From assembly GCA_035605855.1 (NCBI GenBank), contig DATNGO010000025.1, forward strand, positions 1,887-65,886: a stretch of 64,000 bases of DNA, in the 5' to 3' direction. Shown one piece after another: positions 39,748 through 48,739 of this stretch; the first letter of the stretch is position 1, and the number at the start of each line of letters is the position of its first letter. This stretch comes from Acidobacteriaceae bacterium. Its GTDB lineage: Bacteria; Acidobacteriota; Terriglobia; Terriglobales; Acidobacteriaceae. The notes beneath the pieces are model-generated. The model was not told where the DNA came from, did not search any database, and worked only from the letters and a program-made list of their open reading frames with translations. A program made the translations under genes and the position numbers.

Positions 39748-41796
39748 ATGACCCACAATCCGCTGCTTCGCCTCTCTGGCTTCGCTCTCCTCGCCGGGCT
39801 CCTCTCGGCTTCGGCCTTCAGCCAGGCGCCCGGGGCCCCCGGCGAGCACCGGGGTCCCCGGCAAACTCGTTTGCTGGGGTGGGAGCTCCGCCAGGGTGGA
39901 ACACCCATCCGCATCACCGCCGATCTCACCGACGCCCCCCGCAAGCTCTATCACGCTGAGATCGACCTGCCCGTGAAGCCCGGACCCGCAGCCTTCACCA
40001 CGCCCGAGTGGATCCCCGGCAACCACCGCCCCACCGGCCCCGTCGACGACATCACCGGCGTCGTCTTCACCGCCGCCGGCAAGACCCTTCCCTGGCGTCG
40101 CGACGATACCGATCTCTACCAGTTCCACGTCGACATCCCACCCGGCGTCACCACGCTTCACGTCCACCTCGACTGCATTGTGACTTCGCGCGCCTCGGAC
40201 AAGCTCGCCGTGCTCGAGTGGGAAAAGCTGATGCTCTACCCTGCGAACATTCCCGTTCGCGACATCCCCATCCAGCCCAGCGTCAAGGTCCCCACTGGCT
40301 GGGGCATCGGCACCGCGCTGCAACCCACCGGCAGCTACGACCCCAATGCAAAGATCGGCGGCACCACCGAATTCCAGCCCACCACCGTCGAGCAACTTGA
40401 AGACTCACCAGTCCTCACCGGCGAATACTTCCACGAGTTCGCCCTCGCCCCCGAGATTTCACCAAAGCACTACATCGACGTAGTCTCCGACGAGCCCAAA
40501 GACTCCAATCTCCGCCCCGAGTTCCTCGCCGAGGTCTCGAATCTCGTCCGCGAAGCCAGCGCGGCCTACGCCTCGCATCACTATCACGTCTACCACTTCC
40601 TCCTCACGCTCTCCGACGTCGCCGGCGGCGAGGGCCTCGAGCACGGCCAGTCCTCCGACAATGGCGTCGAGGAACTCGGCTTCGCAGACGCACGCCACCA
40701 GGTCTACAACGCCGACCTCCTCTCACATGAGTTCACGCACTCCTGGAACGGCAAGTACCGCCGCCCCGAAACCCTCTACCAGACCGACTTCCACAAGATG
40801 CAGGAAGGCGAGCTCCTCTGGGTCTACGAGGGCATGACACAGTACCTCGGCAACGTCCTCGCCGCGCGCTCCAATCTCAAGACCCCCGCGCAATATCGCG
40901 ACATGCTCGCCTCCTCCGCCGCCAATCTCGACAACAGGCCCGGCCGTCTCTGGCGCTCGACCGACGACACTGCCATCGCCGCCAGCATCCTCCGCGGCGG
41001 CAACCCCGCATGGTCCAACTGGAAGCGCGGCCAGGACTACTACCAGGAGGGCGAGCTCCTCTGGCTCGACGCCGACACCCTCATCCGCCAGCTCACCAAC
41101 GACAAAAAATCCCTCACCGACTTCCTGCAGATCTTCCTCGCCAAGGGCGGCCCGGGGTCCACGGCGAACTCGTTCGCTGGGGTGGTAAATACCGGCCCGC
41201 TCATCGTCACCTACAACCGGCAGGAGCTCATCGACGACCTCAACCAGGTCGTGAAGTACGACTGGGCAAAGTTCCTGCACGATCGCGTCGACCTCATCAA
41301 CCCGCACGCCGATCTCGACGGCATCACCCGCGGCGGCTACAAGCTCGTCTACCAGGACCACCCCTCCGACACCGAGAAGTTCGCAGGCGGAGCGGGCCGC
41401 CGCATGGCCGGCCCCAACGTCTGGTACTCGCTCGGTCTGCGCATCAGCGCCGAAGGCACGATCTCCGACGTCCGCTGGGGCGGCCCCGCTGATCAAGCCA
41501 GGCTCGCGCCCGGCCAGAAACTCATCGCCATCAACGGCCGCACCTTCTCCGCCGACCGCCTCCGCGACGCCATCGACGAGGCCAAAACAAACAAGGAGCC
41601 CATCCACTTCCTCATGCAAACCCAGGACTACATCAAGCCCGTCGACATCGACTACCACGACGGCCAGCGCTACCCCGTCCTCGTCCGCGACAACAGCCAG
41701 AAAGACTTCCTCGGCGAGATCACTACACCGCTCACCGAGGAAGCAAAGAAAGCCCGCGAACAATCCGCCACCCACACCCACACACAAAGCGAATAA
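39748..41796 (+). CDS. secreted M61 (glycyl aminopeptidase) family metallopeptidase with PDZ domain
   Basis: Signal peptide, GLEH, HEFTHSWNGK..RP, LWVYEG.T.Y, C-terminal GPA..A.L.PG PDZ. Confidence 0.92.
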   Translation: MTHNPLLRLSGFALLAGLLSASAFSQAPGAPGEHRGPRQTRLLGWELRQGGTPIRITADLTDAPRKLYHAEIDLPVKPGPAAFTTPEWIPGNHRPTGPVDDITGVVFTAAGKTLPWRRDDTDLYQFHVDIPPGVTTLHVHLDCIVTSRASDKLAVLEWEKLMLYPANIPVRDIPIQPSVKVPTGWGIGTALQPTGSYDPNAKIGGTTEFQPTTVEQLEDSPVLTGEYFHEFALAPEISPKHYIDVVSDEPKDSNLRPEFLAEVSNLVREASAAYASHHYHVYHFLLTLSDVAGGEGLEHGQSSDNGVEELGFADARHQVYNADLLSHEFTHSWNGKYRRPETLYQTDFHKMQEGELLWVYEGMTQYLGNVLAARSNLKTPAQYRDMLASSAANLDNRPGRLWRSTDDTAIAASILRGGNPAWSNWKRGQDYYQEGELLWLDADTLIRQLTNDKKSLTDFLQIFLAKGGPGSTANSFAGVVNTGPLIVTYNRQELIDDLNQVVKYDWAKFLHDRVDLINPHADLDGITRGGYKLVYQDHPSDTEKFAGGAGRRMAGPNVWYSLGLRISAEGTISDVRWGGPADQARLAPGQKLIAINGRTFSADRLRDAIDEAKTNKEPIHFLMQTQDYIKPVDIDYHDGQRYPVLVRDNSQKDFLGEITTPLTEEAKKAREQSATHTHTQSE

Positions 41797-41812
41797 CTCC
41801 GTACTAAACTTA

Positions 41813-41850
41813 GGGCGCGAAGAAAACACATTCTTCGCGCCCCCGTTCTT
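41813..41850 (+). terminator. hairpin/terminator after the M61 gene
   Basis: GGGCGCGAAGAA-aacaca-TTCTTCGCGCCC then ccgttctt. Confidence 0.6.
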
Positions 41851-41885
41851 ACTGACAACTGCAAACTGAAAACTCAAAACTAATT
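41851..41885. repeat. degenerate AACTG-type heptamer tandem repeat
   Basis: actgac aactgca aactgaa aactcaa aactaat. Confidence 0.65.
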
Positions 41886-41920
41886 CCTAACCCTGTTGCT
41901 TTTGTCTTTGGAGCCGCCGC

Positions 41921-43042
41921 ATGCGCATCACCCTCGCCCTCGCCCTCTCCGCATTCGCCACCGTCGCCGCCCGCCCCGCGCAAGCGCAAACCATGTCCAC
42001 CACACCCGCGCCCCAGCGCCCGCAAACACAATGGCCGGTCAAGGACGAGCTCTACATCGCGCATGACTTCAAGTTCGGCACCGGAGAGACGCTCCCTGAA
42101 CTCAAGCTCCACTACCTCACTCTCGGCTCTCCGCACCGCAACGCCGCCGGCCACGTCGACAACGCCGTCCTTCTGCTCCACGGTACCGGCGGCAATCGCC
42201 ATACTTTGCTGAACCCGCTCTTCTCCAACGTCCTCTTCGGCCCCGGCCAGCCGCTCGACACCACAAAGTACTTCCTCATCTTTCCCGACGACATCGGTCA
42301 GGGCGACTCCTCCAAACCCTCCGACGGCCTCAAGATGAACTTCCCCCACTACGACTACGACGACATGGTCCGCTCCCAGCACCAGATGCTCCTCGAAGGC
42401 CTGCACGTCGACCACCTCCGCCTCGTCATGGGCACCTCCATGGGCTGCATGCAGTCCTTCGTCTGGGGCGAAACCTACCCCGGCTTCGCCGACGCACTCA
42501 TGCCCCTCGCCTGCCTCCCCACCGAAATCGCCGGCCGCAACCGCATGATGCGCTACATGGCCATCGAAAACATCAAGCGCGACCCCGCCTGGGACAACGG
42601 CAACTACACCACCGAGCCTCTCAACGGCATCCGCACCGCCAACGAGATGCTCTTCGTCATGGGCTCCGCTCCGCTCGTGCTCCAGAAGGCCGCGCCCACC
42701 CGCGCCGCCGCCGAGAAGTACATCGACAATTACCTCGAGCGCACCACCGCGCACGTCGACGCGAACAACATGATCTATTACATGGACTCCTCGCGGAACT
42801 ACAACCCCGAGCCCAACCTCAGCCGCATCACCGTCCCCGTCATGTACATCAACTCCGCCGACGACTACATCAATCCTCCCGAGCTCGGCATCGCCGAAAA
42901 GCTCACCAGGAAAATGCCGCACGCGCAGTTCGTCCTCATCCCCATCTCCGACCAGACCCACGGCCACGGCACCCACACCCAGGCCGCCATCTGGAAGGAC
43001 TACCTCATCAAACTCCTCGCCGAATCCGAACCCCAGCACTAG
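41921..43042 (+). CDS. secreted alpha/beta hydrolase, homoserine O-acetyltransferase-like fold
   Basis: Signal peptide; GE.LPEL..HY.TLG, HGTGG, GTSMG nucleophile, DD..NPP, GHGTH. Confidence 0.88.
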   Translation: MRITLALALSAFATVAARPAQAQTMSTTPAPQRPQTQWPVKDELYIAHDFKFGTGETLPELKLHYLTLGSPHRNAAGHVDNAVLLLHGTGGNRHTLLNPLFSNVLFGPGQPLDTTKYFLIFPDDIGQGDSSKPSDGLKMNFPHYDYDDMVRSQHQMLLEGLHVDHLRLVMGTSMGCMQSFVWGETYPGFADALMPLACLPTEIAGRNRMMRYMAIENIKRDPAWDNGNYTTEPLNGIRTANEMLFVMGSAPLVLQKAAPTRAAAEKYIDNYLERTTAHVDANNMIYYMDSSRNYNPEPNLSRITVPVMYINSADDYINPPELGIAEKLTRKMPHAQFVLIPISDQTHGHGTHTQAAIWKDYLIKLLAESEPQH

Positions 43043-43058
43043 CCACCCGTAGCCGAAT

Positions 43059-43120
43059 CGGGTGCTCCACCCTCGGCGCGAAGCGACAGGGTGGTGGTAT
43101 CGCGTGCGGTAGCGCGCGAT
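43059..43120. repeat. REP family A element (two hairpins)
   Basis: CGGGTGCT CCACCCT..AGGGTGG TGGT ATCGCGTGC-GGTA-GCGCGCGAT; same architecture as the RAYT-flanking REPs. Confidence 0.7.
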
Positions 43121-43214
43121 GTCGTTGTCTCTCCTTCCGCATACCCGCCCTGGAATCTTTCTCCCGCCAACCCTACTCCCTAACATCTACAATCTAACCT
43201 CTAACATCTGGCCT

Positions 43215-44027
43215 ATGCTCTCCTTCTCTCGCACCCTGCTCGCCCTCGCACTCTTCACCCCGTTCACCGCTCTCGCGCAGCAACCAGCCGCTCCCCTTCC
43301 CGTCTTCGACGTCGTCGCCATCCACGAAAACAAATCCCTCTCCGGCAACATGAGCATTCGCTGGGGAGGAGACGCCTTCGTTGCAACCAACACCAACCTC
43401 ACCTCTCTTCTCATGAACGCCTACAACATCCGGGAAGACCTGATGTCCAATCTTCCCGCGTGGGCCGGCTCGGTTCACTTCGACGTCAACGCCAAAATCA
43501 GCGACCCCGACACAGACGCTCTCAAGAACCTCTCCCGCGAGCAGCGCCGCGCCATGATACTCGCTCTGCTCACCGACCGCTTCCATCTCCGCACCCACGT
43601 CGTGACCAAAACTCTGCCCGTCTACGATCTTGTCCTCGCCAAAGCCGGTTCAAAGCTCAAAGAGGACACCGTCCCCGTCGCTAAAAGCACCGATCCCGGC
43701 AAATCACCCTCCGGCATCAGGGTCAGCAACTTCGGGGCCGGCGGCTCCGAGATGACCGGCGTCGCCATTCCCATTTCCATGCTTACGTCAAACCTCGCAT
43801 TCCAGGTTGAGCGAAACGTCATCGACAAAACCGGCCTCACCGGCAAATACGATTTCACCTTGAAGTGGACCCCCGACAACGCACCGCCCGCCACCACCGG
43901 CTCCGGCGACCAGCCGCCCAACATCTTTACCGCCCTCCAGGAACAGCTCGGCCTCAAACTCGAATCCTCCAAAGGTCCCGTCGACACCCTCGTCATCGAC
44001 CACGTCGAAATGCCTACAGAAAATTGA
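43215..44027 (+). CDS. TIGR03435 (soil-associated, DUF3738-like) family protein
   Basis: FDVVAI, L..AY, P.W...FD..AK, LL.DRF.L..H, VIDKTGLTGKYDF.L.W, ALQEQLGLKLE, VIDHVE.P.EN. Confidence 0.92.
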   Translation: MLSFSRTLLALALFTPFTALAQQPAAPLPVFDVVAIHENKSLSGNMSIRWGGDAFVATNTNLTSLLMNAYNIREDLMSNLPAWAGSVHFDVNAKISDPDTDALKNLSREQRRAMILALLTDRFHLRTHVVTKTLPVYDLVLAKAGSKLKEDTVPVAKSTDPGKSPSGIRVSNFGAGGSEMTGVAIPISMLTSNLAFQVERNVIDKTGLTGKYDFTLKWTPDNAPPATTGSGDQPPNIFTALQEQLGLKLESSKGPVDTLVIDHVEMPTEN

Positions 44028-44130
44028 AACCTTCTTCGATCACTGGCCGCGGCACGTCGCCCCTCCTCACAAATCAACGTCCCGCGGACATGGCCTTGCA
44101 CTTGAGACCACACTATGTAGAATACTACCC

Positions 44131-45030
44131 ATGAGCCCCTTTACGCGGCGCTTCAGCACTCTCCTCACGTTGTCCCTGCTCGGCGCATTCGCAGCGGCCT
44201 CCGCCCAACAAGAGCGAAAACAGTTCGACGTCATCTCCATTCGAGAAAACCGTGCACCCGGCCATTCGTCCTCGAGCTTCCCCCTCGATCCCACGGCCCG
44301 CTACAACTACCACGGCAACCTGCTCAGGGCGCGCAGCATTCCGCTGCTCCAGCTCCTCGTCTTCGCCTATGCGAAGAACATGTACCAGATCATTGACTTT
44401 CGCCGTCAGTTGCCCGCCTGGGCCCGCGACATGCTGTTCGATGTCGAGGCGCGCACCGAAGGCTCTCCCACCAAAGACGAAATGCGCGCCATGGTGCGGT
44501 CCCTGCTCGAAGATCGCTTCCAGCTCAAGCTCCACACCGAGAGCCAGAAAACTGACGTGCTCCGCCTCGAAGTCGTTCATCCCGGCAAGCTTGGTCCCAA
44601 TATCCGTCCGTATGCCTCCACCGAACCGCCTTGCGACGCGGTCCCTCCCTACGGCGATGTATCGGTTGCCCTCACCCCTGCCGGTTTCCCCGCATATTGC
44701 GGTGTGCTGCTATGGATACCCGGCACGCCCAACGGCGAAATGCGCATCGGTGGCCGCCGCCTCACCTCCGCAGATATCGCTCTCGGCGTCGGCGCTGCAG
44801 CCGACTTCATCCAGCGCCCCGTCGTCGACGCCACCGGCCTCACCGGCACCTACGACCTTCTTCTCGACTACGCACCCGTCACTTCGGACCCCGCACGCTC
44901 CACCGAAACCTCCAACGCCCTCCCGCTCGAAATTGCTTTGCGCAAGCAACTAGGCCTCAAGCTCCAGCCCGGCAAAGGCTCCGTCGAAACCTACGTCATC
45001 GATCACGTCTCGAAGCCATCCGAAAACTGA
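44131..45030 (+). CDS. TIGR03435 family protein
   Basis: FDVISIR, LLEDRFQLKLH, RPVVDATGLTGTYD, QLGLKL, VIDHVSKPSEN. Confidence 0.92.
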   Translation: MSPFTRRFSTLLTLSLLGAFAAASAQQERKQFDVISIRENRAPGHSSSSFPLDPTARYNYHGNLLRARSIPLLQLLVFAYAKNMYQIIDFRRQLPAWARDMLFDVEARTEGSPTKDEMRAMVRSLLEDRFQLKLHTESQKTDVLRLEVVHPGKLGPNIRPYASTEPPCDAVPPYGDVSVALTPAGFPAYCGVLLWIPGTPNGEMRIGGRRLTSADIALGVGAAADFIQRPVVDATGLTGTYDLLLDYAPVTSDPARSTETSNALPLEIALRKQLGLKLQPGKGSVETYVIDHVSKPSEN

Positions 45031-45041
45031 AGCTTCCACTA

Positions 45042-45130
45042 AGCGCCAACGGCGCGCCCTATACCAGCCTGGGGCAACGCCCCAGGGTTGCATCGAAATA
45101 AAGGCAACAGAGGGCTGAAGGCCCGGCCTA
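45042..45130. repeat. REP-like family B element, copy 1
   Basis: GCGCCAACGGCGC...CCTGGGGC-AAC-GCCCCAGG...AGGGC-TGAAG-GCCC; related to 48614-48702. Confidence 0.7.
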
Positions 45131-45925
45131 AGCCTCCGCCGATGAACCCCGGCCCACCGCCTCGGAGACAACAGTCTCCAAAAACTCTTCAGCATCTCCC
45201 GCCAGCAACGGCTCCATTGCTCTTCCCACCAGCACCAGCAGCGGAGCCGGCCCGCACTTCAACTCGCCGAACGCCTCCAGCCTGCAAGCCACCTGCGTCT
45301 GTCGCGGAGTCGCCGCCTGCGATACTGCCGCGCACGGCACATCCGCCGCAACCCCGGCCTCTGCCAGCTCGCGCGCCAGCCGAGCCGTATCGCGCCCCGG
45401 CATGTAGATCACCAGCGTCGCGTCTTCAGGCAGCGGTCCGCTCCACACCGGCGCCGGATCCTTCCCCGTCGCATGATGTCCCGTGCACAAAATCAGCTTC
45501 GACGCAGACTTACGGTCCGTCAGCGGCAACGCCAGCGAAGCTCCCGCGGCAAACGCCGCCGTCACCCCGGGGACCACCTCAAACTCCACACCCGCCGCGC
45601 GCAGCGCCGCAATCTCTTCACCCGCGCGCCCGAACACCAGCGGATCGCCCGACTTCAGCCGCACCACACTCTGCCCCGCGCGCGCTGCCTCAATCATCAG
45701 CGAATGAATCCCCTGCTGCGTAATCCGCGGCCGCCCGCAGCGCTTGCCCACACTCGTCACCAGCGCATGCCTGTGCGCCAGCTCTAAGACCTCATCCGGA
45801 ACAAGGTCATCGTGAAACACCACATCCGCCGACTCCAGCAACCGTACCGCGCGCATCGTCAGCAGCTCCGGATCACCCGGCCCCGCACCCACCAGGTACA
45901 CCTTCCCGCCAACCGCCTTCGTCAT
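45128..45925 (-). CDS. cobA: uroporphyrinogen-III C-methyltransferase
   Basis: VYLVGAGPGDPELLT, VVRLKSGDP.VFGR..EE, VPGVTAA. Confidence 0.95.
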   Translation of the reverse strand: MTKAVGGKVYLVGAGPGDPELLTMRAVRLLESADVVFHDDLVPDEVLELAHRHALVTSVGKRCGRPRITQQGIHSLMIEAARAGQSVVRLKSGDPLVFGRAGEEIAALRAAGVEFEVVPGVTAAFAAGASLALPLTDRKSASKLILCTGHHATGKDPAPVWSGPLPEDATLVIYMPGRDTARLARELAEAGVAADVPCAAVSQAATPRQTQVACRLEAFGELKCGPAPLLVLVGRAMEPLLAGDAEEFLETVVSEAVGRGSSAEA

Positions 45926-46617
45926 CGGATCACCTCACCTTGGGGTGCCCCGTTCATGACGACAGCTTTATCGTCGTCATGAGCGGGTTGAACGTATCCA
46001 AACTCCCGCGCATGCTCCCTCGCCCTCGCGCGCGCCGGGCATCCATCGAACCCGCACACCTCGCGCTGTGCCAGCTCATGCAGCAGCGACTTCCTCGGCT
46101 CACCGATCGGCTCAACCGCCGTCACCTCGCGCCGCAGCCGACCCAGCTCCATCAGCCACTCGCCAACATCCAGCGGCAGCGCCGCATTAATCTCTTTGCG
46201 CAACCGCTGCGCCAGCGCCGGGCTCTCACCCGCCGTCGAGATCGCAATCTGCAGCTCACCGCGCTTCACAATCGACGGAAAATAAAAATCACAGAACGGC
46301 GGATCGTCCACCGCATTCACCAGCACCCCGCGCTCCTGCGCCTCCGCAAACACCGCACGGTTCACCTCCGCAGTCGCCGTCGCCGCCACCGCAAGAAACG
46401 CGCCGGCCAGATCGCCAGAGCTATACTCGCGCTGCTCCCACACGAGGTCGCCACCCTCAGCCCAGTCGCGCACTCGCGGCAGCGCCTCTGGAGCCACAAC
46501 CGTCACCTGCGCCTCAGCCTCCAGCAGGCTCGCAATCTTCCCCTCTGCAATCGTTCCCGCGCCGACCACCACGCACCTCCGCGCCGTCAGCTTCAGAAAC
46601 ATCGGGAACAAACTCAT
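45922..46617 (-). CDS. precorrin-2 dehydrogenase/sirohydrochlorin ferrochelatase (CysG N-terminal/SirC-like)
   Basis: FPMFLKL..R..VVVGAG.IA..K, VNAVDDP..CDFYFPS, IAIST.G.SP. Confidence 0.93.
   Translation of the reverse strand: MSLFPMFLKLTARRCVVVGAGTIAEGKIASLLEAEAQVTVVAPEALPRVRDWAEGGDLVWEQREYSSGDLAGAFLAVAATATAEVNRAVFAEAQERGVLVNAVDDPPFCDFYFPSIVKRGELQIAISTAGESPALAQRLRKEINAALPLDVGEWLMELGRLRREVTAVEPIGEPRKSLLHELAQREVCGFDGCPARARAREHAREFGYVQPAHDDDKAVVMNGAPQGEVIR
45943..45987. repeat. REP family A palindrome inside the CDS 3' end
   Basis: GGGTGC CCCGTTCATGACGAC..GTCGTCATGAGCGGG; read on the minus strand as PAHDDDKAVVMNGAP. Confidence 0.75.
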
Positions 46618-46637
46618 CGCGTCACCTCGCTGGCGTA

Positions 46638-48368
46638 TTAGCCGACATTCGCCGGCACGCGCCCCGGAGAAGGATCGCGCTCTACCGGCACAAACTCCGC
46701 ACCGGCCAGGTCCTCCCGCAGCTCCGCATCCGTCGACCGCCGGAAGTATCCACGCAGACTCTCGCCATGTTTCCGCTTCGCCAGGTATCCGCGCAGCAAC
46801 CGCTCGATCGCCTCCGGGCAATCTTCCGCGGCCGCACGATACCCGATCTGCCGTGCCACTCCAGCAAATTCGCCCACCGCACCGCCGACGCAGAAATAGA
46901 ATGCGTCGACCAGTTTCCCATCCTTCTTGATCTTCTTGCCCTCAAGCCCCAGGTCCGCAATCCACGACTGCCCGCACGAATTCGTGCATCCCGTCACATG
47001 CAGCCTGATCTGCTGATCGAACTCCGGAACCCGCTCCTCCAGCTCGCTCACCAGCCACTTGTTGAACTGCTTGGTCTCCGCAATCGCCAGCTTGCAGAAC
47101 TCCGTACCCGTGCACGCGATCGCTCCGCGGAAGAACACCGTCGGCTGAACCTCCAGCCCAATCGCCGTCAGCTCCCGCACCAGTTCCTGCGTCTTCGCAT
47201 TCGGCACATTCACAATCAAAATGTTTTGCCCAATCGTCGTGCGCAGATGCCCATCCCCAAACCGCTCGCTCAGCGCCGCCAGTGCGAACATCTGGTCTGC
47301 CGTCAGCCGCCCATTCAGAATCGTCGCTCCGATATAGCTCAGCCCGTCCTGCTTCTGCCGGTGCACGCCCACATGATCGCGATAGATGTCCTCCGCCACG
47401 GGCCCTTCTTCGGCGCGATCGAACTTGTACCCCAGCCGCTCCTCAATCGCTGCCAGCATCGACTCCGCCGTCCACCCATTCTTCATGAACAGGTACTTGA
47501 GCCTCGCGCTCGTCCGGCTCTCACGCAGCACATCGGAGTCCCGGAACACCTCGCAAACCGTCCTCACCGCCTCCAACGCCTTATCCTGCGGAATGAACGC
47601 CGGCAGCCGCACCGCCAGATGCGGCTCATTCGACAACCCTCCACCCACGCGCAGGCTGTAGCCGATCTCCTCCCGCCCATCCTTCACCCGCTTCAGCGCC
47701 GTCAGCGCCACATCATTAATCTCCGGGAACGAGCACCAGACCGGGCATCCGCTCACCGAAATCTTGAACTTCCGCGGCAGGTTATAAAACTCAGAATTCC
47801 CCGTAAGCTTCTCCGCAATCTCCACCGCCAGCGGCGACGCATCGATCAGCTCATGCCCATCCAGCCCGGCCAGCGGGCACCCGGTCACATTCCTCACCAC
47901 ATCGCCGCACGCACCCTTCGACGACAGCCCGATCTTCTCCAGCTCCTCGGCCACCGCCGGCAGCGACTGAATCGTCAGCCAGTGCAGCTGAATATTCTGC
48001 CGCGTCGTCACATCGCCAATCCCGCGCGCATACTTCGCCGTAATATTCGCAATCCCGCGCAACTGCCGCGACGTCAGCAGCCCATTCGGCAGCGCAATCC
48101 GCTGCATGAAGAACTCCGTCGCATTCCCCTCGCCGCCCTTGCCGCCCGTCACACCCAGGCCGTCACCCTGCGAGTAGATCCCCCACCACCGGAAGTACGT
48201 CGCCCACTCCGCCGGAATGCTGCTGTGCCCCAGCCGCGCAAACTCCCGCACCTCATCCCACGACTCCCACGGGTTCTTCTCCCGCTTCAGCCTCTCGGCC
48301 TTCTGGGCCTTGGTCTCTTTCACTGGGGTCGTCGCCACTGCAGGCTCCAATACACTCGTCTCGCTCAC
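46638..48368 (-). CDS. siroheme sulfite/nitrite reductase (SirA-type; probably assimilatory sulfite reductase)
   Basis: TTRQNIQLH, RNVTGCP, NLPRKFK, ACTG.EFC, TGC.NSC; GTG at 48368 with GGGAG RBS; next to siroheme genes. Confidence 0.93.
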   Translation of the reverse strand: MSETSVLEPAVATTPVKETKAQKAERLKREKNPWESWDEVREFARLGHSSIPAEWATYFRWWGIYSQGDGLGVTGGKGGEGNATEFFMQRIALPNGLLTSRQLRGIANITAKYARGIGDVTTRQNIQLHWLTIQSLPAVAEELEKIGLSSKGACGDVVRNVTGCPLAGLDGHELIDASPLAVEIAEKLTGNSEFYNLPRKFKISVSGCPVWCSFPEINDVALTALKRVKDGREEIGYSLRVGGGLSNEPHLAVRLPAFIPQDKALEAVRTVCEVFRDSDVLRESRTSARLKYLFMKNGWTAESMLAAIEERLGYKFDRAEEGPVAEDIYRDHVGVHRQKQDGLSYIGATILNGRLTADQMFALAALSERFGDGHLRTTIGQNILIVNVPNAKTQELVRELTAIGLEVQPTVFFRGAIACTGTEFCKLAIAETKQFNKWLVSELEERVPEFDQQIRLHVTGCTNSCGQSWIADLGLEGKKIKKDGKLVDAFYFCVGGAVGEFAGVARQIGYRAAAEDCPEAIERLLRGYLAKRKHGESLRGYFRRSTDAELREDLAGAEFVPVERDPSPGRVPANVG

Positions 48369-48407
48369 GTAAAATCTCCCGAAAATCTCCCGCAAAATCT
48401 CCCGGTT

Positions 48408-48440
48408 AAAACGAAAATCCCACGATCTTTATCGTGGGAC
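48408..48440 (-). terminator. terminator in the leader of the sulfite reductase operon
   Basis: Minus strand TCCCACGAT-aaag-ATCGTGGGA-TTTTCGTTTT, about 40 nt upstream of the start codon. Confidence 0.8.
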
Positions 48441-48468
48441 CTCAGGGGTGAAGCTTATGGGTTTGCGC

Positions 48469-48543
48469 TTACACTTCGCTCGCGCACGCCGCTGCTCCAG
48501 CCCTGAGGCTGAGACAACACGCGGTCATGCACATGCTCTTCAT
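48469..48543 (-). CDS. putative Cys/Met-rich leader peptide MKSMCMTACCLSLRAGAAACASEV
   Basis: 24-codon ORF with 4 Cys and 3 Met between a promoter and a terminator upstream of a sulfur assimilation operon. Confidence 0.7.
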   Translation of the reverse strand: MKSMCMTACCLSLRAGAAACASEV

Positions 48544-48550
48544 CGAAATA

Positions 48551-48578
48551 AGAATACCACAAATGCCTTTGAAATCAA
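48551..48578 (-). promoter_or_regulatory. sigma70-type promoter giving a leaderless start at the leader ATG
   Basis: TTGATT-16 bp-(TGg)TATTCT-7 nt-ATG. Confidence 0.7.
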
Positions 48579-48613
48579 TTCCTCGCCAAATGGTTTCCGC
48601 GTCCCATCGCCCC

Positions 48614-48702
48614 AGCCCCAGCGGCGCGGCATAGAACACCCTGGGGCGAAGCCCAAGGGTAGCGATCATGAAATCAGCAAAGGGCTTAAGGCCCGATCTA
48701 TA
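48614..48702. repeat. REP-like family B element, copy 2
   Basis: AGCCCCAGCGGCGCG...CCCTGGGGC-GAA-GCCCAAGGG...AGGGC-TTAAG-GCCC. Confidence 0.65.
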
Positions 48703-48739
48703 AATTCTGACCCCGACAAATTCTGACCCCGGCACCCAC

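Noticed and set aside
46767-48506. 579-aa plus-strand ORF
   Set aside because: Antisense shadow of the sulfite reductase gene.
48400-48600. SAM riboswitch or T-box upstream of the sulfur operon
   Set aside because: No SAM-I or T-box consensus seen; the leader ORF explains the region better.
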